Assembly: GCF_006345805.1 (NCBI RefSeq) | Contig: NC_043000.1 | Location: forward strand, 50,902,001-50,966,000 | Source: Octopus sinensis | Taxonomy: Eukaryota | DNA: 64,000 bases | Direction of reading: 5' to 3' | Shown here: positions 51,191-64,000 of the stretch, piece by piece | How positions within the stretch are numbered: position 1 is the stretch's first letter | Layout: each line of letters begins with the position of its first letter | Position numbers and translations under genes: made by a program | The notes under the pieces: model-generated | Database searches by the model: none | What the model was told of the DNA's origin: nothing | The model's input: the letters and a program-made list of their open reading frames with translations, nothing else

Positions 51191-53139
51191 AGTTGAAGAC
51201 TTTGATATACAAAAATGTAATTAAACATGAAAAAATTGCTGATTCACTAATTTTTCCATGTAGGGTCATTACCAATTAGCAGAAATATCTATGTAAAACT
51301 ATGGTGTAGTGGATTGGATGGTTTAATTACCTATATATTCATAAACATGCATACATGGTATGATAAGGTTGAAATATTTAGATAAATTGAAAGATTTATA
51401 ATCTTGATACTCTCTTGATAACTCTCTCTTGTTAAAAGCAAAGCAAATATTTTTAAAACATATTCTATAAAAATGAAGTTAGGTTAAAAAAAATAGTTAG
51501 CCCAAAATATCTTCATTTGAAAAGAAAAACATTAATATCCAAATATTTCATTTGTTTCATCTAATTAATTTATTTGAGTGCTTCTTATCAGCAAGTCTGT
51601 ATTGTATTTATATCAAGTTTCCTTCTATACATTTGATGTTTTTTCATATCATTTTGAGAGTAATGTTGCATTAGTTCACATTTCATTAAGAAAATAACAA
51701 TGACTTAGTAAAAGTTAGGCTATTGATAATAGCTTTTAGTTGTAATCTATAACTTCATTATTATAAGTGCTCTTTTCTATTTGACTTGAATTGAGTGAAT
51801 TCATTGGGAATCTGGCAGTTCTTTTGAAAAGAAAATAGCTCACTCATCCCTCTCAATTCATTGGCTCAGTCTGTGTGCTTGTGTGTATGATCATACATTT
51901 ATCAAACACACATAGAGAAATAATTTATATAATATTGTATTGGTGTGTATTGATGGTGAGAAAAAATGCTGACATAAAATTACTTAGGAAACTTATTTAT
52001 TTTTATGCTATGATTGCATTGATATCTTCAGTTAGCAACATGATTTCTGGCACAATTTGTAACATTTTTTTTTACCAGATATAATTCTTGTTATATATTT
52101 TGTTATGTATTTTCTAAAATCTTTCTCTACCCCAATAACTGAATAATAATATGCAGCTGAAGTTTATTCTTTCCCTTTCATTTTGGAGTGGATTCTACCA
52201 TCTGAAATTAAAACAAAAAGTAAATTGCTTCCAATTTCCAATTCTAAAGCATTATTAGGATTTATAGAATCATATATTTTGTGCAATTACGGTAAAGGGT
52301 GCATAAAATGTTTGTTGAGTCGTGCATGACTGAATATCTCATTTCTAGCTCACCGCTATGCAAATGACCAAATAACTCTTGCTATTTATCATGTATAGGT
52401 GTAGTTCACTGCTCTAAGTCCTAGCCTTACCCTATAATTAGTGTACTTTTTAAAGTTTCACTGCTGTTGTGAAGGCCATACTTTCCCCAGTGACATTAGC
52501 AATCAACATGCTTGAATATAATTTCATCTAAAGGGTGAAAATGGTTTGAACATTGATATAGTTATGACCTTAATTCTAATCAGTTCTTAAAGTTAGATAT
52601 TAGATTTTAGAGTCATTATTACAGACTTTGTCTTTAAGCAATTTATCAAGAGCAAATCTGTACTTGCTTCTCCAAGATGTACTTATTGGCGAGAATTGTA
52701 TTCAGCTCCTTACAAATGAAATTCTTGTCAATTTTAGTGTAGCCTGCTACTTGTAATTATTATCTACACACCTTGTGATAATTAATTAGTTGCATTGACT
52801 TGACCATTGAGATTTAAGTATCTTTCTTTGGATAGATCATTTATTGTTGCTTTGAAATCTGTAGAATTACAGAGAATGGCTAGTAATTCAATGCTTTTTG
52901 ATTTGCTTCTACTTCAATTTTTTATTTTCATTCTCTAAAACAAAGTGATATTTTTAATCTGTTAAAAGAAAATATTTTCCTTCCACTTGTATCATAGAAG
53001 TGTCATTTTAGTTTGACCAATTAACAATGCACAAAAGCTGTTATATTCCATTTTTGTTTCTCTTCTTACTGTTTGCTCTAAACTGTGAAAAACATGTTTT
53101 TACACTTTTGTATCCTAGTCACTAACTTCTCAGATGTTT

Positions 53140-53470
53140 ATAAGTGCAATCATGTGGGTTTCAGATTCAGTCCCACAGTGTGGCAGCTTGGACAAGTGTC
53201 TTCTACAGTGTCTGATCAATGCCTTGTGAGTGAATTCGTTAGACAGACGCTGTGAGAAAGCCTGTGTGTGTGTGTGTTGAGCTTGTGTTGTGTTTGCTTG
53301 ACAAATGATGTTGGTTTGTTTACATCCCTGTAACAGTTGAGCAAAGGAGACTCATAGAATAAGCACCAGCCTTAAGCACTGGGGTGGATCTGTTTGAATG
53401 AACTCTTGAAGGTGGCACTCGAGGTTGACTGTTTGTCTACTATCTGAAAGAAGTAAAAAATAAAAGGTAA
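53140..53470 (+). mobile_element. Family-A SINE, diverged
   Basis: TTCAGTCCCACAGTGTGGCAGCTTGGACAAGTGTCTTCTAC...GCCTTGTGAGTGAATT...ATAGAATAAGCACC. Confidence 0.7.
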
Positions 53471-53491
53471 AATATTTAGAGTAGATAGGGC

Positions 53492-53670
53492 TCATCATCA
53501 TCATCAGTATCATCATCGCTTAACGTCTGCCTTCCATGCTGGCATGGGTTGGATTGTTTGAGTGAAAACTGATATGCCAGGAGGGGGGGGGGCTGCAACC
53601 AGTTCCAATCTGATTCAGAAAGGTTTCTATAGGCAGATGTCCTTCCTAACATCAACCACTCTGAGAGTGA
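53492..53670 (-). mobile_element. Family-D element
   Basis: (ATC)n..TTAACGTCTGCCTTCCATGCTGGCATGGGTTGGA...TTCCTAACATCAACCACTC. Confidence 0.8.
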
Positions 53671-55219
53671 AGTGGGTGAAGAAATAAACATAAAGTGAAT
53701 TGAATCACTTTGTTTATCTTCTTAAATGACTGATATGCCTTTTCCATGATGTAATTGTTGCAGTTTCAACAAACAGTCTCAGAAAATATCACCTGCCAAC
53801 AATACAACTCTGAAATATTTAATGCCATTTTTTAAAAAATATACCTTTATTTTAAATAGTCAGTTGACTAGTCTCAGTGTCAGTTTTGTAGGGGTGAGGA
53901 TAGAATTGATTGAATTCACTAAGGATGGATGGTACCTATTTCTATCGATGCAAAAGGGATCAAAAATAAAGTTAACTATGGTAGGATTTGAGCTCAAATT
54001 TCCATGGTATAAAACTAAGTTCCCTTTCATACATTCAAGATGTTATCCTCAAAAAATAGGTAAACTTCAGAAAACAGGAAAAGGTATTAACAACAAAGTA
54101 TTTTTATTTCTTTACAATGTAACACAAAGCTTGTTTTTCTTCTTTGTGAATGTTTTCTAATGGTCTTTTTTTAGAACACCTATGAATCAGGTATATAAAC
54201 AACAACTAATATAGCTTCCGCCATTAGCTTATGTAAGAAGCTTTGAGTTTTCTTCTGCTCCTTTTCTTTCTCTTTTTATGAACGCAAAGATTAATTTGTT
54301 AATGATTTTTTACACTCCTATAAACAATTAGTACAACAAAAAGCTTACTCTCCATTCTCTTCCTATTTTGTATTACATTATGCTATTAAGAACATAATTG
54401 CTCAAGTATATGTGAGCATTTTTTTCTTTTAGTCTTCCCCGTGCTTTAAATTGTTGACATTTAAATAGCTAAGAAGATCACGTCTAATGGTTGACAAATG
54501 ATGGTCATACTACAATCTGTATTAAAAGAGCTACATTTCAATCATCAGTCAGATTATAAAATTAACAGTGGTATTATATCCTTTGACAATAACATACACT
54601 TGTGGTTTTCTCTGCCAGCTTTCAGTACTTAGTGCTGATTTGTCAGTTGCAATCAATCACAGTCTTTTTTGCTCACGAGAAATGTACACAAGTAGGTGTG
54701 AAATGATTACCACATAGCTTGTGTTCAAATAAAATGCTGTCTTTTCTTCAATTAAAAGCATCAAATATTATATTGTAGAAAAACAGGTTTCTGAGGGTTG
54801 TTTAAAGATTAATTTAATGTCAGTTGTTAGGCAGTACAAATTAGATTAAAAGCAATAACTAATCAAGGAATAGACGAGCTTCAGAAAGCAGAATATCTTA
54901 CAAAGGCTTGTTGGTCATTGTTATGAGTTCATTTCTTATGTGGAATCTTTAATATTTCTTTATGAAATATATCAAAACTAGTTTTAGTGTATGAGTGTGT
55001 GGTCTCTATTATTCTTCAGTTCTGAAAGACTTTTGTTTCCCATTTATGATTTGTTTCTGATATATTTTCTATGAATTAAGAATAATTATAATGTAATTAA
55101 ATTAATTTTTATGGACATAGTTGGTGTTAAGCTATGAAAATGAGTTTCATTTTCATTATATCCTTGAAAAGAAAATATTTAACTCATGTGTTACTCCTTG
55201 CCTATTATCTATACATATA

Positions 55220-55415
55220 CTTAACCCTTTTTTTTTTACCATATTTCGGATGAAATATACCAACTTTGAAAAATTAACTCAACTGTCATTATTTGACACT
55301 GGCGTTTGGAACAAATTATCCTGAAATTTTGGTGGAAGATTTTATTTAGATAACTTTAAAACCAGAGGATTGTATCATAGAACGAGGGATGGTTTCAGGC
55401 AGGTTGTTTTCAAAT
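55220..55415 (+). mobile_element. Possible piggyBac-type MITE, one end only
   Basis: Starts TTAACCCTTT (TTAA target plus CCC terminus). The body resembles an abundant octopus repeat from memory. No matching right TIR seen. Confidence 0.35.
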
Positions 55416-56099
55416 TTACACACATTTACATACAGAAACAAACACACAAACAAATGATAGAAAAACACTTAGCCTAAGTCATGTGAGTGATATTTAAAAA
55501 AAAAAACAAGGTATAAGAAACACCAGCTACTTTGAGATCATGTTTTCCATCTCATTCCTGTCTCTCATGGTAATACAATATTATCTGAATATCTTCAAGG
55601 TGTTTATTGTAAAAGTGAGAGAAAGAGAGAGATTAACTACAGAATAAATCAAATGAATAGGATATGGAAAAACACAAACAAGGATATGAGTATCTTTTAA
55701 TCAGTTGCTGACTGAAGTTTATGATTTGGGCACTTTTGCAGTAGGGAACCTAGCTTTAGCAATCCAATTGATTTAAAGAAATATTCTGCTTGGGAAAGGT
55801 TCAGTAAAGACAGGACTGTAACTAGGATTGTGAGAATGAGACATGGGAAAAGATGGCAACGGCTATATGAGAATATACAAAAGTAAAAGAATATTGCATG
55901 CCAAATGTTAAGGTCTACTGATTTAGTAAAAAAAGATGTGGAAAATATTTTATTTCAGTTGTATAATGTAGAACAAGGGGAAAGTGAGTGTGCATATGTG
56001 TATCCAAAACATGTTTACACACACACATATTTATATGTATATAAACATATATATATATATATTATATATATATATATATAAATGACCCTTTTAAAGCCT

Positions 56100-56330
56100 A
56101 GCCAGGCTCATGGGCCTGGTTTCCCGGTTTCTATGGCGTATATGTTCCCCAGCTGGACGGGACGCCAGTCCATCGCAGCATTACTCATTTTTGCTAGCTG
56201 AGTGGACTGGAGCAACGTGAAATGAAGTGTTTTGCTCAAGAACACAATGCGTTGCCTGATCCAGGAATCGAAACCACAATCTTATGATCATAGTGCTGAC
56301 ACCCTAACCACTAAGCCATGCGCCTCCACA
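56100..56330 (-). mobile_element. Family-E variant SINE
   Basis: Minus strand GTGGAGGCGCATGGCTTAGTGGTTAGGG head, GTGTTCTTGAGCAAAACACTTCATTTCACGTTGCTCCAGTCCACTCAGC body, tail shared with 33315. Confidence 0.85.
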
Positions 56331-57252
56331 TATATGTGTGTGTGTGTGTGCGTGTATATATGTATGTATATATAGTATATATGCATATATGTGTGTGTAT
56401 ATATATATAATATATGTATATATACATGTATATAATATCTCCCCTAGCAGAATATTTCAGTAAATATTCTGTTAAGGAAAGGTTTAGTGGAAGCATGACA
56501 ATAATATACATACCTCTATACATATATGCATACATACACAAACGCGTGTGTGTGTGTTAATTTTGGTATATTGCTCATAACTTCAAATAATTCAAATAAA
56601 GCTACTGTTTCAAGCTGCACATGCTGAAGAGTTTGATGTAATTCTTACTGTAATAATGGAACAACAGATCCTCAGATGTTTGAATATAAACTGAAATAAT
56701 ACTAATACACAAATACTTTGACAGTTAGCAAGCAGTAGAAGGAAAAATTGCATGCCAGTATTATTCAGCAGGGAAATTTGATCTTAGCCTTAAAGTACTA
56801 TTTCCACTTTGGCTGCAGAAACATTAATTATGATATTCTTCATAGAATTTCATTGGAAATGGAGAACATTTTCCCATGAGGTAATTGATAAATAACCAAA
56901 GATATTTTGATTAATGATCTATGAAACTGTTGTTCATCTATAAAACTTTGTTATCAAGAAATCCATGTTTCAGTAACTTGGAATATTATGAGAGTACACA
57001 GCATATTTTTTTAATGGGGCTATTGTAGAAGGCAGATGTTATGTTTGCATATGTGTTTTAGTGGGTGTCTGTGTACAAAAATCTATATAAATATGTGTGT
57101 GCATACTTACACACACACACACACATGTATGTATGTCTAAATGCATATGTATGAGTGTATGTATATATATGTATGTATGCATGTCTGTGTGTGCTTGTCT
57201 ATGTATGAATGTCTTTCTCTCTCTCTCTCTGTATATATATATATACTGTGTG

Positions 57253-57436
57253 GGTGGCACGTAAAAAGCACCCACTACACTCATGGAGTGGTTGGCGTTA
57301 GGAAGGGCATCCAGCCGTAGAAACACTGCCAGATCAGACTGGGCCTGAAGCAGCCTTCTGGCTTCCCAGACCCCAGTTGAACCGTCCAACCCATGCTAGC
57401 ATGGAAAGCGGACGTTAAATGATGATGATGATGATA
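57253..57436 (+). mobile_element. Family-D element
   Basis: Near-consensus family-D 3' end with (GAT)n tail. Confidence 0.9.
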
Positions 57437-57625
57437 TATATATATTGCTAAAAATGGTAAGACTTCAAAAGAAAAAAAGAGACCTCGATATTATGTAAAT
57501 AGAGGAATTTATCTGTAAATGTAATATGTGATAATTATTTGGTAGCTGTGATAAAATTGAGTTTCGAATGCTGAGGTGGAAATCCATGCTGCCATCTCTT
57601 CAGTTATCCAGCCATATATATATAT

Positions 57626-57666
<41 letters not shown>

Positions 57667-58454
57667 GTGTGGGAAAGAGATCACTAGATATATGTGTACA
57701 TATTGCATGGCATCTCACATGTCTTCTACTCTAGCCCTGCATCAACCAGTGCTTTGTGAGTAAATTTGTTTAATGGAAACTGCATAAAGTATGCTGTATG
57801 TGTGTGGTTGTGTGTACATGTTCATGAGTACTTGCGTGTGTGTATCTGTGTTTACATTATCATACACAGTTGCTCAGAAAGTGAGAATTAAAGTGTGTGT
57901 GTGTATAAACACACACGCATGCACATGTACATTATAGTGACTATTGGCAACATGATGGGACAAAGTTTGTCCAGCTCACAGGAATAGTGCTTTAACTAAA
58001 ATGATTCCCTATAAGTATTCTATCATCATGGTTAACTTAAGAATTGAATAGGGATGATATAAATGGATAATTTAAAATGTCTAGTATTGCTTAAGTGTAC
58101 AGTGAAGTCAGGTCTGTGACCATGTCACATTTTCTATCTCGGTTAATCCAATAGAATAATCTACGCAATATTCCAATAGACTCTCAAATGAATATATCAC
58201 AATGCACTTTAGAAAACTGTGAACTTGTAATGGTCCACTTCCACATTACTTTCTTGTGTTCCATATCTGTGGTGAGTATGCTTTCACCATTCCAAATGTT
58301 TCCCACCAGTGATGTATTGGTTCCCTCTCACACTCTGTCCCATAGCCCCAAGCACTTCATGCTTCTGATTCTCATATTGTGGAACATGAGGAAGAATGTG
58401 AGAGAGAACTGAGATATCACTGGTGATAAGCATATTTGGAATGATGAAGACATA

Positions 58455-58496
<42 letters not shown>

Positions 58497-58500
58497 TATA

Positions 58501-58912
58501 TATAGACGTAGGAGTGGCTGTGTGGTAAGTAGCTTGCTTACGAGCCACATGGTTCCGGGTTCAGTCCCACTGCGTGGCACCTTGGGCAAGTGTCTTCTAC
58601 TATAGCCTCGGGCTGACCAAAGCCTTGTGAGTGGATTTGGTAGACGGAAACCGAAAGAAGTCCGTAGTATATATGTATGTGTGTGTGTGTATGTTTATGT
58701 GTCTGTGTTTGTCCCCCCAACATCGCTTGACAACTGATGCTGGTGTGTTTATGTCCCCGTAACTTAGCGGTTTGGCAAAAGAAACCGATAGAATAAGTAC
58801 TAGGCTTACAAAGAATAAGTCCTAGGGTCGATTTGCTCGACTAAAGGCGGTGCTCCAGCTTGGCCACAGTCAAATGACTGATACAAGTAACAGAGTAAAA
58901 GTGTAAAAGAGT
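58501..58912 (+). mobile_element. Family-A SINE, full length
   Basis: Colinear with 4684-5108. Confidence 0.9.
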
Positions 58913-61900
58913 ATCTGTGTTTGTGTGTGAGCATATATATGTACACACACGCATTGGAATCTTTGTTTATGAATACCTCTCATCAAGAACAACTTAGAAA
59001 CAAATTTTCAAACATAAAACGTCTCGGGCGATGAATGGTGTCTTAAGTAATAAACATGCCTGCCAGTAACACTGATTGGTGACAAGCTGAGATTATTAAC
59101 TGGAAAGCGTCAGTTGTTGTCTAGCCTATGTTCAATGCACATCCCTGCTCAGATTCATTGTGCCTTGAATTTCTTGTGGGTAAAACATTTTCTGTTTACA
59201 AACATTTCAGGTGATGAATGATAGTCACATGCATATATACAGACTAGCTGCACTGTCCAAATGTGAGAGCAGTAATCATTTGTAGGCCAGCCTGAACATT
59301 GTACTGCATGATAAGTGTTGTGGTGCTGAAGTTACTTCTAGTTCAAAAGAGATGAGATAATTGTTAGGATGTGGTTGTAATTATCTTCCAGATATATTTC
59401 AACAAGGGGAGAGATGCTTAATAATAGTAGTAGGACCTAACAATTTATGCAATTCTGATGAATCTGAGTACTGCTTACACACACACACACATGCACCCCC
59501 TCACACACATGGTGTAATGCTGTATGAAAGCTGCTGCAGTAATTATCATGTTGCTTAGTATGTCAAATATATGTGTACCTATGTGTGTATGAATTATTTT
59601 TTAAATCACACTGTAAACATTACATACAGACTTTGCATACAGTCATTTTTTTTTTAACCTATAGAGACTGTTAATGTAGATGTTTTAATATTTCTTATGC
59701 ACGAAGACATTTAATCACATGCTAGTAGAATATATAGCAAATTTTCAGTCAATGATTTCAAATTACATTTATTCAGATATTTATTTCAAATCTAGGTCAT
59801 AGTAACAATTATAGTAAAATTATGATTTCCATTGATTAAACGAAAATCATCCTGAGTTTTCTATCACATTATTTTCATCTCAGAATTTATGAAGCAAAAT
59901 ATACTAAGAAAGATAATTAATATTCTTTTCTCTCTCCCTCCCTCTCTTGCTTTTTTTTTTTCATGCTGTAGTTTTTGCATGGCAATATTTATAACAAATA
60001 TCTAAATTTAATGCACAATATTTTGCAGCTGAAGAATAGAAATTCTTAAGCTGACATGCTTGGAACATTAAAATCAATGTAGTTTAAATAACTGATTATG
60101 AGGAATATAGCATACTAAACTAATATAAAACTAGTTTATGTAATGAGAATCATTTCAAATGGAAATTTAATAACTGATACATTGTGTGTTTTTGCAATGT
60201 AAAGTGTTTTATAAATTTTGCATAAATTAAAATTAGTAGAAAGAATGTGTAGACATTCTGTTTTAGATAGTAAGCACTTTTTTTTTTCTTTTTTAATAAT
60301 TATTCTGAGGAACTGCTGTGTATCTGGGCCCTTCCCATTCCTTTCCGTTTGTTGAGATTGATGCAACAGATTTTCTGGTTGAGCTCCTAAATCAATATTT
60401 GTTGTAAAAGTAAAGGCAGAGAAGGAATTCTAGATGGTTGGAGTTCTGTGCTAGAATTAGTGGGTATAGTGTTTAGTAAAAGATTCTGGTGGAGTGAGAC
60501 ACTGCAGTAATTATGATATGAGACGGGTGCATCTGGTGAACTTGGGTGGAAGCTATTTGCAACTGACTGCTTTGGTGGAGTAGAGGCTATTGTGTTTGCT
60601 CAAGATGCAGATTGAAGAGATATGTTTGTGAGTTCCAGAGCTGAAGATGTAACATTTTTTTTGCATTCTGAATAATCTTGTGAAATTATAGAGTAATTTA
60701 TATGCTGTAGTTGGTATTGGTGCCAAGAATAATTAATTCTCTAGAGTGCTATTAATAAGAATTATCATTTTGAATTTAGGTTAGTGTAAATTAAAGAGGC
60801 TTAAGTCACTGAATCATGAAGCCATTATGTCTCATCAATTGGTGTTACATTTAAAAACCCTAGTGCTTTAAAAGGGTTGAATTCACTGTTACAATAAAAT
60901 ATACTTATGCATTGTACAATGCTTTCAACTACATTTGTTGTCACCTTTAGTACCTTTATATAACCTGCTATTTGTTTTTATTCACTGTATGGAACTAGAG
61001 ACCTGGCAGTTTTATTCTAACTTCCTTCTTTTCTTCATTGTGAGAAGTTATGATTCTAAATCATTTAATATTGAAGGAAGAGTCTGCTGTGTCACTAATT
61101 CTACTATAGCTTGCATATTTCCCTTGATATTTGGCATTTGTATGCAGCTGAAGCATTGCCATAAAATTAGTATTAATGTCTTCCACATTTATTACATTCT
61201 ATTTTAGAATTGATTTTATTCAATGCTGATAGGAAATTAATTCTAGCATCTGATTTATTTCTGGGTGAACTAAGTTATTCCTATTATAAATCTGTCAATA
61301 CTGGAGTATCCTACTCAAAATTAACAGTTACATTTATTCTTATTTCTGTCTAGGTTTTAATTCCTGTAGACTTTACTACATCCAAGAAAAAATATTTTTA
61401 ATTAAAATCAATTTGATATCCATCTGTATTAAGAAAATGTGTCATCATTGACACCTCTGAAATATAGAGAAATCTGGATCTTTTAGAACTTTGAGCCTTT
61501 ATGAAGGGGTAGATATTATTATGTAATTTTCTGGAACATGTTATCATTAATTTTCCCATTTAAGATTTGGAGTATTAAATAATGTAATTGGTTTAATATA
61601 CCCAACTATACCACATTGTGGAGTTTTCAGTTGAGTGAAATTAGATATATTCTTGTAAGTAAGTTCATTTATGTTTCTCAGAAAGTGCAATGTGTTGTTC
61701 TGCTTTGGTGCACACTGATTAATTTATTCAGATAGCAATAACAAACTATGGTAGAATGTATTTTTATATTGATATGACAGATTCAGTCATTAGACTTTTA
61801 TCGTTTTGCGCAACTTTTACAGAAAAATAACAGAGACTGTTGCAATGATTTTGACTGATAAGACATTTTAACCCCACTATCATTTTAGTGAATGAAGGTT

Positions 61901-62525
61901 TAAAACTACTTTTGTTTGAAATGAAAATTGTTTTGATCTAAATGATTTTACTGGGCCTAATGTAGCTTAATGAGGGTATGATGACGAACACCTAGCAATC
62001 CTTTCACCTTTATATATAAATGCTTTCACAATGAAATAGCTAATATTCATTGTTTCCTCTTCTATTCAAAATTTGCAATTAATCTCATGGCTTGCTGCTT
62101 GTAAGTTTTTAAGTGTGTAGACTAATAATTTTCATTCCATTTCAAGTAACATTTATTGAAAAGTTTTCAGTTGTCATTACACAAACAAAATAATTACAAA
62201 AATATCAAAATGATACATCACACTATTCTTCTTTTTTTCTGTTTCTTTTGCTTTATTTTTTTAAATCCATTAGCTGGAATTTAAGATTAATAGCATTTGA
62301 AATAAACTAAAGAAAATACTCTATTACATAAGAACTATCTTTTAATCATATATATTTTTACACTTCATTTTTATACCAGCTTTTGTTCTGTTGATGCTAA
62401 AAAAAAAAAGGACCCACACATTTGTTTAACATAAGCTTGTCATGAAAATTTTCAATAATAAGATTACCATTTAGAAAATTTCAACTCTTGTAAAGTTTTA
62501 TTGTTTATTTCCCTTGGGTGGAAAA

Positions 62526-63533
62526 TATGGGGGTAAGTCAAAAACTGCATAAGCACTTGTTTTTGTAATTTATTAGAACAAAAACAGAGGTTGATAAATT
62601 TCCTCATTTTTCAATATAGTATCCTTGCTTTTCAATACAAGTAGTCCACAAGCTTGTTTATTCCATCAGAAAAGAAGATTTTTGGCTGGTTGAGCCATTT
62701 ATGCACTACTTTCTACACTTCTTTGTCTGTAGAAAATTGATGACCTCATAAAGGTTGTTTGCATGGTCCAAAGAAGTGATAATCAGAAGATCAAGATCTG
62801 AACTGTATACAAGTGTTTCTACTCCATACACTGTCTTTTGGAATCTGGATCTAAGTGATGAACCCAGATCTCATTTGTGACTAGTCTTTTCAAAAATGCT
62901 TCACCTGCATTGTTGTAGCTATTGCATAAGTGTTAACAGATCTCCACACAATTGCACATTATACTTATCTGCTTTGGTAAGCTCTTTTGGCATTCATATC
63001 TCACAGATTTTATGAAAGCAAGCTTGTCATGAGTGATTTTATATGCAGGACCATGACTAATTTGCAGAGAACATGCTACCTTATCAATGGCCACTTGTCA
63101 GTTCACCAGAATCATTTTTTGAGCTTGTCGACTTTTCATGCCAGTGGTGGAGGTTGATGGATGTGCTACTCTCTCCTTGTACTTCATGCTTGTCTGACCA
63201 TTTTAAAACTCCTTGATCCACTCATACACACTTCTAAGTGGTAGAGTGCTATCTCCATAATGAACTGAGAGCCTGTGAGGAATTTCAGCCCCAGACACAC
63301 CTTCAGGAAAGAGAAATGGGGTCACTGATCTCTGTTCTGCTTTGATGCACACTGATAGTGGAGTGGCCATGTTTACTTTGTAATACAAGAGTAAAAGCTG
63401 CAATGATCAAGGTTAAACCTTGATTACCTAATCATAAGAGTACCACCTTTCAGCATGTGCATACTAAAGGCAAAGTGACCAACCTAAAGAAAATTTTGGT
63501 GAAAGTGCAGACAATTTTTAACTTCCCCTTATA
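62526..63533 (-). mobile_element. Mariner transposon, internally deleted (~1.0 kb)
   Basis: TA-flanked TIRs TGGGGGTAAGTCAAAAA and revcomp TAAGGGGAAGTTAAAAA. Minus strand from ATG 63370 reads MATPLSVCIKAEQRSV..EGVSGAEI..RLSVHYGDSTLPLRSVYEWIKEF, then LVTNEIWVHHLDPDSKRQCME and IEKQGYYIEK* (stop 62604-62606). Confidence 0.9.
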
Positions 63534-63636
63534 TATTCAGGCAATCATTACTTGGTTCAGTGGGACATAACCACACCAGTTGACATTTTATATCAAAGGT
63601 TAACATACACACATGTATATATGAAACAATGGTTTC

Positions 63637-63686
<50 letters not shown>

Positions 63687-63939
63687 CTGTCCAAGCAGAT
63701 ATCTTACTTTCTGTAGTGTGAACATGTTTTTTTTTATTGATGTGAATAAGATGTTGTTCAAATTGATGTATCCCTCTGTTGCCTATTGGAGAATTATTAC
63801 CATTAGCTGGGCCCTAATGAACCATTTATCTACAATGGGAAGGCCATTGATAAAAAGTAGCATGCAAACTGCTATAACAAACACTATGAAACATTTCATT
63901 TTACATTAATAATTCTGCAAATCTGCTTCCTTAGGCAGA

Positions 63940-64000
63940 TGTTTTACTTATCAAGCCTGAAAGGATGAAAGACAATGCTGACCTTGACAAGATATGATTA
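63940..64000 (-). mobile_element. Family-C SINE fragment running off the window end
   Basis: TTATCAAGCCTGAAAGGATGAAAGACAATGCTGACC matches the family-C reverse complement. Confidence 0.6.

Overview
Very AT-rich, CpG-depleted, microsatellite-dense eukaryotic DNA. The SINE families and repeat composition match what I recall of octopod cephalopod (Octopus) genomes; this is an inference, not a database result. I found no intact protein-coding gene, and nearly all ORFs in the track are microsatellite or SINE artefacts, so the window looks intergenic or intronic. About 35-40 SINE copies fall into four modular families, labelled A, C, D and E here. There are also decayed autonomous elements recognisable by protein motifs: RTE-clade LINE fragments, a pogo/Tigger transposase, three mariner derivatives, a hAT derivative with an 8-bp TSD and a Helitron helicase. 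A Penelope-like terminal fragment carries a minimal hammerhead-ribozyme motif. The most unusual observations are (i) a nearly full-length U6 snRNA copy inside a SINE, with the whole unit flanked by a 14-bp direct repeat, (ii) a ~90-bp mosaic at 29.2 kb stitched from four short pieces of sequence 3-4 kb away, in both orientations and joined at microhomologies, and (iii) a second probable local templated copy at 11.3 kb. I cannot support a new multi-gene system in this window.
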